A stretch of DNA of 64,000 nucleotides, from the NCBI GenBank assembly GCA_944384585.1, contig CALWTY010000002.1, positions 27,541 through 91,540 of the forward strand, written 5' to 3'. This document shows positions 17,787 to 24,289 of this stretch, piece by piece. Position numbers and translations under genes: made by a program. The DNA comes from an uncultured Clostridia bacterium. GTDB taxonomy: Bacteria; Bacillota; Clostridia; Oscillospirales; CAG-272. The notes under the pieces were generated by a model that was not told the origin of the DNA, did not search any database, and saw only the letters and a program-made list of their open reading frames with translations. Within the stretch, counting starts at the first letter, position 1. The number at the start of each line of letters is the position of its first letter.

Positions 17787-18377
17787 TTGATGAGTCTGTG
17801 TATTATCCAACTTCCGGTTGGAAGCTCTGTTGTAAAAATGCCGCCCGCAAAACCCGAGCGCATATCGCCCCTGCGGGTGAACGTGCCGGCGGGGAACACG
17901 CGCATCGCGTCGGTGCTCAGAACCCTGTGCGGAACGGGAATCCGGGTGAGCGAGCTGCCCTATATCACCGTTGAGGCGGTGAAGGCGGGGAAGGCGGTGG
18001 TGAACTGTAAAAATAAAACACGGGTCATTTTTATCCCCACGTCGATTCAGAAGCTGTTAAAGCCATATATGAAAAGATCCGGCATTACAGCCGGAGCGAT
18101 CTTTGTAACAAGGAGTGGAAAGCCGCTGAACCGGCGGAACATCCGGCGGGATATGAAAGCCCTCTGTGAGCGGGCAGGCGTATCCCCGAACAAGGTGTTT
18201 CCGCACAATCTGCGGCACCTGTTTGCCCGGACATTTTATTCACTCGAAAAAGACATTGTACGTTTGGCCGATTTGCTGGGGCACAGCAGCATCAATACCA
18301 CCCGGATTTATACCATGGAAACCGGCGACGGTCACAGGCTCCGTCTGGAACGGGTCGAAAAACTGCTGATGACATAA
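17787..18377 (+). CDS. tyrosine recombinase with catalytic domain only (either N-terminally truncated or a FimB/FimE-sized short form)
   Basis: All catalytic signatures are present: GTGIRVSEL (Arg), HNLRHLFA (His-x-x-Arg), LGHSSINTTRIY (His, Tyr). No N-terminal core-binding domain is present. The high-GC, protein-like sequence begins only near 17838, right at the low-GC/high-GC junction. Confidence 0.8.
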   Translation: MMSLCIIQLPVGSSVVKMPPAKPERISPLRVNVPAGNTRIASVLRTLCGTGIRVSELPYITVEAVKAGKAVVNCKNKTRVIFIPTSIQKLLKPYMKRSGITAGAIFVTRSGKPLNRRNIRRDMKALCERAGVSPNKVFPHNLRHLFARTFYSLEKDIVRLADLLGHSSINTTRIYTMETGDGHRLRLERVEKLLMT

Positions 18378-18387
18378 GGCTGATTAT
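18367..18387. repeat. left arm of a 21-bp perfect inverted repeat (IR-L)
   Basis: TGATGACATAAGGCTGATTAT. It overlaps the recombinase stop codon (18375-18377). Confidence 0.95.
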
Positions 18388-18427
18388 GTCTTCAATTCCA
18401 CATAACTATACCATTTTATTTATTTTT

Positions 18428-18456
18428 ATTATACCATAATCCGACCGATTCCGCAA
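18428..18456 (-). promoter_or_regulatory. extended -10 promoter inside the IR-flanked segment, currently firing leftward
   Basis: On the minus strand: TTGCGG (18456-18451), 17-nt spacer, TGgTATAAT (18436-18428). Confidence 0.6.
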
Positions 18457-18477
18457 TACATATCGCTAAAAAAGTTA

Positions 18478-18547
18478 AAAAGGGCATGAAAAACAAGCCG
18501 GGATTATCCACGATTTTCCTCCGGCTGTCTTTTCATGCCCTTTTTAT
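18478..18547. terminator. strong bidirectional hairpin terminator inside the IR-flanked segment
   Basis: AAAAGGGCATGAAAA (18478-18492) pairs perfectly with TTTTCATGCCCTTTT (18530-18544). There is an inner AGCCGG/CCGGCT stem and A/T runs on both sides. Confidence 0.8.
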
Positions 18548-18623
18548 TTGCCGCAGATATTACGGCAGCTTTTTAGACGTTTGAAATACTGCTCAGTATT
18601 TATTTCCCGGTTCTGTCAGCGAA

Positions 18624-18644
18624 ATAATCAGCCTTATGTCATCA
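18624..18644. repeat. right arm of the 21-bp perfect inverted repeat (IR-R)
   Basis: ATAATCAGCCTTATGTCATCA is the exact reverse complement of 18367-18387. Confidence 0.95.
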
Positions 18645-18783
18645 TGGATGGCGCGAGCAGCCTGACGCCGTTTGGCGGGGAGGCTTCCCGTAAGCGGGGA
18701 AGACGGCCGTGACGGATAGATCATTCGGGGGGAATCACCCTGCCCGAATGTATATCATATTTATTTTTTTGAGGAGGAAGACA

Positions 18784-19476
18784 ATGAGAAACGAAAGAAA
18801 ATCGCTGATCCTCAGCGGACTTTCCGTGCTGATGTGTCTGGTCGTGCTTGTCGGTGCGACCTGGGCATGGTTCACGGATTCAGTAAGCAGCAGCAGCAAC
18901 AAGCTGCAGGCGGGCGTTCTGGATGTTCAGCTGCTGAAAGACGGAGAGGATATCAGCAATTCCGAGGAAAAGGTGTTTGACTACCACCTTTGGGAGCCCG
19001 GCTATTCTGCCGGCGCGAGCCTTTCCGTAAAGAACAACGGATCACTTGCTCTCAAATATGAGCTTCTGTTCCAAAACATTACGGTCAAGACAGGGCTTGA
19101 AAATGCGACCGGCGATCTCCAAAAGTACGAAGAGCACCTGGCGGAAGCCACCGGCGATATCAGCGAGGTGCTGGATGTGTATCTGCTGGACAGCAACCGC
19201 GCTCCCACGGCAGAGGACACCCCGGCGGGGACGCTGAAGGACTATATGGCGGGGAAGACCCTTCAAACCGGGTTCCTTCTTGCCGGACAAACCGGCAATG
19301 CCGTCCATATCGTCATCAAGATGCGGGAAGATGCCGATAACCGCTATCAGAACGCTTCTGCGAGCTTTGATATGACTACTCATCTCAGAATGAAGAGAGA
19401 ATTCCCTTTGCATTTAAAGGACTCAATCTCCGATATCGCTACAACGAAGGCTTTACGGAAACGTTTGAGGATGTAG
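18784..19476 (+). CDS. TasA/camelysin-family protein with a SipW-dependent-type signal peptide; the last ~35 codons are probably out of frame
   Basis: MRNERKSLILSGLSVLMCLVVLVGATWAWFTDS...QAGVLDV...PGYSAGASLSVKNNGSLALKY...NRYQNASASFDMT parallels B. subtilis TasA (GGTWAAFND, ASGTLDL, NNGSLAIK, NKYQGNSIKLQFSFEATQ). GAGGAGGA RBS. Confidence 0.7.
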   Translation: MRNERKSLILSGLSVLMCLVVLVGATWAWFTDSVSSSSNKLQAGVLDVQLLKDGEDISNSEEKVFDYHLWEPGYSAGASLSVKNNGSLALKYELLFQNITVKTGLENATGDLQKYEEHLAEATGDISEVLDVYLLDSNRAPTAEDTPAGTLKDYMAGKTLQTGFLLAGQTGNAVHIVIKMREDADNRYQNASASFDMTTHLRMKREFPLHLKDSISDIATTKALRKRLRM

Positions 19477-20127
19477 ACGAGGAAGGGAACAAGGTCACCA
19501 AAACGGTTTTGAAGTCCGTCCTTCATCTCGGTGAATCGGATTCTCAAGCGGAACGCGGGGACATGGACAAAATCGCAAAGTATCTCGATTACAGCCGCAA
19601 AGGCCCCCACTTGACGACGACGGAGCTTCTGGCGCTGACGCCGGAGGATCTGGATTTCGACTTTATTGACGCCGAGATGTTTCTTGACCTGATGCACGAG
19701 TGCCTGACCTCGGAGCCGGATTCTTACGGGCAATATCGGGGGATCCCCTCATGGGGGGCTCTTTACCGAACCCGTATATGTCAATGACTACAAGATTCAG
19801 ATCGGGCTGCTGGGCGGATCCGGACGAATCGAACTGCTGATGTTTGACGTGCTGTACCCGACGGGAGACGGACAGACCGATTATGTTCAACTCTACGATC
19901 TCGTGAAAAACGGAGCGGCAAGCGAGGAGCAGGAGGAGCTTCTCGATACGCTTCAGAGAATTGAGCGGGGCGTTGCGGAAAACAACAATCACCGACAGTT
20001 CTACGATGAGCTGGGAGACAAGGTGATTGCCGGCGTTTCCCTCGCCCGTCTCTATACCATGCTCGATAATATCGTCAAACTCGAGTATTCTCAATATCTT
20101 GAAGCGAAGCTCGGCGCGCCGCAATAA
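19368..20127 (+). pseudogene. frameshifted continuation of the TasA-like gene (tracked as ORFs 19509-19787 and 19840-20127)
   Basis: The expected ..ATQ-like motif (SSQNEE) appears in the -1 frame from about 19378. That frame runs to 19787 and the sequence then continues in the original frame from about 19713. The frames can be joined by removing one G from the G6 run at 19753-19758. Neither piece has an RBS or a convincing start. Confidence 0.5.
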
Positions 20128-20194
20128 ACCAAGAAGCCTCGGGTTCGGCGTATGCCGACCCGGGGCTTTCGTCTTCTGACAAAGGAGACAGTAC

Positions 20195-20953
20195 ATGATC
20201 GTTTGCGAAGGTCTGAACAAGCAGTACGGCAAGCAAGTCGTTCTTTCCGACTTTTCCTGCCGTTTTGAGGATACCGGCTTCTATTTGCTCTGCGGAGAAA
20301 GCGGAAGCGGAAAAACCACACTGATCAATATCCTGTCGGGGATGATCCCCTTTGACGGAGGCAGGGTCACGGTCAACGATCGTGAATTTCATTCCGTCGT
20401 CGAGCCGGCGGAGGCGGGAGTCGAATTCGATTACATCACGCAGGCCCCCTTTTTTGCCGACTTCCTTTCCGTTTCCGAAAATCTGGAGCTGATCTCCGAC
20501 GACAAGGAGGGGATTCGGCAGATCCTGGCGCAATTCCGGCTCACCCATGCCGCCGATCAGTCCCCCGCCGCCCTGTCCGGCGGAGAGCGCCAGCGGTTAT
20601 CCATCGCGCGCGCCTGCCTCTCGAAAAAGAAGGTGTTGTTCCTTGACGAGCCGACCGCCGCGCTGGATGAAGACAATAAAGCCGCCGTCGTTGCATTGCT
20701 GAAGGAGCTGAAAAAGGACACGCTTGTGATCTGTGCTTCCCACGACGAGATGGCGAGGGGCTACGCGGATCGGATCCTCTCCTTTCATAAGTGCAGCGAA
20801 ACGAGGGAGCCCCCCGCCGCCGTCCGCTCCGCGCCCGTCCGCCGCCGCGCCCCGCAGAGAAACCGCAGCGGCGAACGGAAATTCTGTGTGTTTCTGCGCT
20901 TGCGCTCCTTCTCATCCTGCTCGGAGATCTGCCTTCCCACAAGCTGGCGCTGA
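20195..20953 (+). CDS. ABC transporter ATP-binding protein (MacB/FtsE-like) with an aberrant Arg/Pro-rich tail
   Basis: Walker A GESGSGKTT, signature LSGGERQR, Walker B VLFLDEPTAALD, H-loop ASHD. After ...ADRILSFHK the sequence turns into low-complexity R/P/S text and overlaps the next ORF by 163 nt. Confidence 0.85.
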   Translation: MIVCEGLNKQYGKQVVLSDFSCRFEDTGFYLLCGESGSGKTTLINILSGMIPFDGGRVTVNDREFHSVVEPAEAGVEFDYITQAPFFADFLSVSENLELISDDKEGIRQILAQFRLTHAADQSPAALSGGERQRLSIARACLSKKKVLFLDEPTAALDEDNKAAVVALLKELKKDTLVICASHDEMARGYADRILSFHKCSETREPPAAVRSAPVRRRAPQRNRSGERKFCVFLRLRSFSSCSEICLPTSWR

Positions 20954-22014
20954 CCTACGAGCACAGCTATCGTCTTAACGGACTGACGCTGACGACCATG
21001 TCCGGGGAAGGGACCGATTATGACACGCTCTGCGGGATGGAGAAGGTCAAAAAGGTGGTCTTGTCCTATGCGGGAAGTACTCCCGACGCGACCCAGTCCC
21101 TGCCCGATTACGAGCTGTCTCTCTACGTCCTGCCGTTTGAGCGGGAATATTTCAATCTGGCCGACAAGGTCCGATACGGCAGTTACTTTACCGAAGAGGC
21201 TCAGGTGCTGCTGTCCTTTGAGGAGGCGGAGAAGCTCAGTCCCGGAAACCACGGGGCGCTGATCGGAAGCACGATCTCAAAGAATATCTATTCCCTCGGC
21301 AGGATGAATTTTGAAATCGTCGGGGTTCTCGACCGGCTGAACGAGTTTGAAAAGAAGTATTTACTCTCCCTCGGCATGGACACGGATTCGATCTATTTCA
21401 ACAGCAGGCTCACCGATCGCTTCATCGATCCGGAGGACTATTATATGCAGAGTCAGCGGGACTATTATCTTTTCTTCGATTCCTTCCGCGATCTCTCGGC
21501 GTTTTACAAGGAATATGCCGGGCAATTCGATGAGAAGGGGGAGAGCCTGCTCATCAGCTCAAGACTCTACTCCGGAAGGGTGACGTCGGCCGTGACGACG
21601 CTTTCCATCCTGCTGATTCCGCTTTCCGTCTTTATCGCCCTTTTTACCGTCGTCTTTTACGCGACGCTTCTGAAGACGGAGATCACCTACAACAACCGCT
21701 TTATTGCGGTCTTTGAGTACTCCGGCTATTCCAAGAGGCGGGTCCTCGCCTCCTTCACCGCGATCCATATGCTGCGGCTGATTCTCTCCCTGCTGATCTC
21801 CCTGGCGATCGCCCTTCTTTTCACCGAAACGGTCAATATGATCAACAGAAAGCTCGTATTGATCGAATTCCGGCCGTTCACGCTGAATTATCTGCTGATG
21901 GCGGCCTTCCTGCTGTTCGTCGTCCTGCTGTCATGGCTGTGCATTGCCGTCTCGCTTCGGCGGGTGAGGATCTCAAGCTGGTACGATAATCTGAAATTAA
22001 GACTCGCTATTTGA
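20791..22014 (+). CDS. FtsX-family ABC transporter permease (start uncertain)
   Basis: TM1 (ILCVSALALLLILLG), a large extracytoplasmic domain, then three C-terminal TM helices (LLIPLSVFIALFTVVFYATLL...LISLAIALLF...LLMAAFLLFVVLLSWLCIAVSLRRV). The tracked GTG follows an in-frame TAA directly. Confidence 0.7.
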   Translation: MQRNEGAPRRRPLRARPPPRPAEKPQRRTEILCVSALALLLILLGDLPSHKLALTYEHSYRLNGLTLTTMSGEGTDYDTLCGMEKVKKVVLSYAGSTPDATQSLPDYELSLYVLPFEREYFNLADKVRYGSYFTEEAQVLLSFEEAEKLSPGNHGALIGSTISKNIYSLGRMNFEIVGVLDRLNEFEKKYLLSLGMDTDSIYFNSRLTDRFIDPEDYYMQSQRDYYLFFDSFRDLSAFYKEYAGQFDEKGESLLISSRLYSGRVTSAVTTLSILLIPLSVFIALFTVVFYATLLKTEITYNNRFIAVFEYSGYSKRRVLASFTAIHMLRLILSLLISLAIALLFTETVNMINRKLVLIEFRPFTLNYLLMAAFLLFVVLLSWLCIAVSLRRVRISSWYDNLKLRLAI

Positions 22015-22110
22015 TACTAAGATATGCGGCATAGGCACAAGGGTGTCGGGGTGTCGTTTAGGGTGTCGGTTGAGTGACTGGCGCTATTTTTGTATATGGG
22101 AGATTTGAAA

Positions 22111-22302
22111 ATGCCGACAATATCAAAAAAAGAGCTGGAGGATTACCAGCAGTTGTGTAAAGATCGAAATAACGGTAGAATATTAACACCAGATGGGCTT
22201 GGGCTCATCTGTGAAGCGTATAAAAATGATCCAGAAGCCATCGGAAAGCATATGCTGGAAACATTGGCCCGGATTCAATCAATAAAAAAGGTGGGATCAT
22301 GA
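22111..22302 (+). CDS. small hypothetical protein in a low-GC patch
   Basis: MPTISKKELEDYQQLCKDRNNGRILTPDGLGLICEAYKNDPEAIGKHMLETLARIQSIKK. GGGAGA lies upstream and the stop overlaps the next ATG (ATGATGA coupling). No family was recognised. Confidence 0.35.
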   Translation: MPTISKKELEDYQQLCKDRNNGRILTPDGLGLICEAYKNDPEAIGKHMLETLARIQSIKKVGS

Positions 22303-23312
22303 TGAGCGATTATAAATTTATGAAATTGCTGAAAGACAAAAAAGTTGCTGATGCATATCAGTATTTCGAAGCGAGTGTATATAAGTTGTATTTGGCAGAA
22401 TTAAGCTATTCTGCCCTTGAGACGGTTATCGCACAGTATCAAGAAAACGAGAAAACATATGTTGAAAAAGTCTACGAGGATGCACTTACCACCGGAAAGG
22501 GTGCATATAAAGTTCACACAAACTGCATTGAGTATTTCGGTACTCAAGTATCTCCGACGGTTATGATGGATAAGTTAACTAAGCGGAATCCTGTATCAGG
22601 TCGATCGCTCCGTCCGTTTCGATCAAGGGACAGGAACCCGCAATTTTACACCTACCTGTTCTCCGACGTCTATTACGGAAATCTGGAAAAAACCAACGGT
22701 ATGTTTCTGTTCATCCCGTATGAGACGCTGACCGCCTTCGGCTCCCCTTCCGAGGAGAACGAGGTAATGCGCTGTGTCTGCCGCGGCCTTTTCGAGGACG
22801 AGGAAACCTATCGCGCTGTCCGGTATATCGCAGGCCCGGAAAGAGAATTTCCGGGGTCTTCCTCCGCGAAAAACAATAAAATCAACGTGTTTGAATCGAT
22901 CATCAGAGACGCGCAGTACACCGTCAATCTCGTCACGATGATCATATTCGGCATTCTGATCGTCTGTTTCCTCATCGCCTGCCTCTTCGTAAGCTCCCAG
23001 GTTCGGATCGAGCTGTTCTATCGCAGAAAAGAGCTTGGCTTCCTTCAGATTTTCGGCGTCGGGAAAAAGCGCGTCAGAACGCTTGTGATAACGGGCTATC
23101 TGCTGAAAATCCTGTATTCCGTGGGCGTGTCCCTTGCGGTATATTGCCTGTGCCTGGCGGGGTACGGAGCGGGAACGGGACGCTTGCTCCTCTTCCATCC
23201 GATCCACGCGCCGCTGCTGATCCTGCTGATCACGGGCTTCTATCTTTGGTCGGTTTCCCGGGCGACTGCGGGGTTTCTGAAAAAAAGCACGATGGAGCTG
23301 ATCACGGGGTGA
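22299..23312 (+). CDS. chimeric ORF: a low-GC N-terminal ~100 aa of unknown origin fused to the C-terminal half of a second FtsX-type permease
   Basis: Composition switches near 22600. The C-terminus LVTMIIFGILIVCFLIACLFV...RRKELGFLQIFGVGKKRVRTLVITGYLLKILYSVGVSLAVYCLCLAGY...LLILLITGFYLWSV is an FtsX TM2-4 block. Confidence 0.55.
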   Translation: MMSDYKFMKLLKDKKVADAYQYFEASVYKLYLAELSYSALETVIAQYQENEKTYVEKVYEDALTTGKGAYKVHTNCIEYFGTQVSPTVMMDKLTKRNPVSGRSLRPFRSRDRNPQFYTYLFSDVYYGNLEKTNGMFLFIPYETLTAFGSPSEENEVMRCVCRGLFEDEETYRAVRYIAGPEREFPGSSSAKNNKINVFESIIRDAQYTVNLVTMIIFGILIVCFLIACLFVSSQVRIELFYRRKELGFLQIFGVGKKRVRTLVITGYLLKILYSVGVSLAVYCLCLAGYGAGTGRLLLFHPIHAPLLILLITGFYLWSVSRATAGFLKKSTMELITG

Positions 23313-23375
23313 GGCGGAATCCTGCCGACTGACCGGATCGGAATGCCGGTTTCCGGAATCGGAACGGCTGTTAAA

Positions 23376-23410
23376 GCGCACGTCGGACATGGTCCGGCGT
23401 GCGCTTTATT
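23376..23410 (+). terminator. terminator after the ABC cluster
   Basis: GCGCACGTCGG-loop-CCGGCGTGCGC (one mismatch) followed by TTTATT. Confidence 0.55.
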
Positions 23411-23968
23411 CCATGGAGAGGGCTGCGATGCCGGGCGGAAGCTCCCTATCGAAGGGCAAAGGAAGCCGCCGCAGGGTAAGAACCTGATTGCGCCGCAGGG
23501 ACGGGGGCGCAGGACGAAAGAAGCGAGAACCGTGACCGCGGCGGCGCGGGAAAGCGGCGCAGGGACGGGATTTTCGGGGCAAAGAGGCGCTTCGGAAGCC
23601 CGAAAGGGCGTTCCGGCGGGAAAAGGAAGCAAGTTTTGTGCAACCTGTATAGGTGTAGAAAATTAAACTCGATTTTTGTGGAATCTGACGAGGCATTTGG
23701 GAAGATGCGGGGAGGACGGGAGGCGGATGCCGCAGCAAGGGTAGTAATTATAAATTACTATATGAAGGAATGCCCGTCAAAAATACCGTATATTTCGTTA
23801 AAAATCCGCAAAATATTCGGATTCGGGTAAAAATCAGGAACCACGCTCCAAAGAGAACGCGGAATGAATAGCCTGTGTCAAAGAAAGCGGCAATTTGTGA
23901 ATAAAGTGTTTCCTTGTGCTTCCGGGCGCTTGTTCCCGTCACGACGTGTTTTCACTAAATTTGATTTC

Positions 23969-23997
23969 TTGACAATTGATCAATAATGTGGTAATAT
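23969..23997 (+). promoter_or_regulatory. sigma-A promoter upstream of the large ABC locus
   Basis: TTGACA (23969-23974), 17-nt spacer ending in TGG, TAATAT (23992-23997), set in an AT-rich stretch. Confidence 0.5.
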
Positions 23998-24289
23998 AAT
24001 AAATATAAAATTACAGGGAAAAAGAGCGCTTTCGGAAGACGCGGCGCGCTTTTTTCCGGGGGATTTTTTGAAAAACGATATTTCTTATGCAGTTTTCTCA
24101 GGCTGAAGCCGCCTCCGCCCATTTCCGCGGCGGCGCGCTTCCACGGAAGATTGAGGATTGTGATAGGAACGGCTTGCGGTCGGTCGGTTCAGAGGAACAA
24201 ACGACAGCGAAAACCTGCCGGCGGCGGATCTCTTCGTCCCGCCTCCCCGACAGGTCGTCCCCATTTAGTCTTGCAGGAGGAAGAGATTC

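Noticed and set aside
18645-18720. Second recombinase 3' end reading into the right inverted repeat (minus strand ...PSMMT stop)
   Set aside because: The apparent MT-stop comes from the repeat sequence itself. The upstream minus-strand frame (GVRLLAPS...) shows no similarity to the recombinase C-terminus.
23343-23942. Tracked ORFs in the 1-kb gap (for example 23343-23666 plus, 23406-23738 minus, 23748-23942 minus)
   Set aside because: They are R/G/P/S-rich or have odd hydrophobic composition. They have no RBS, overlap one another in different frames, and show no recognisable domain.
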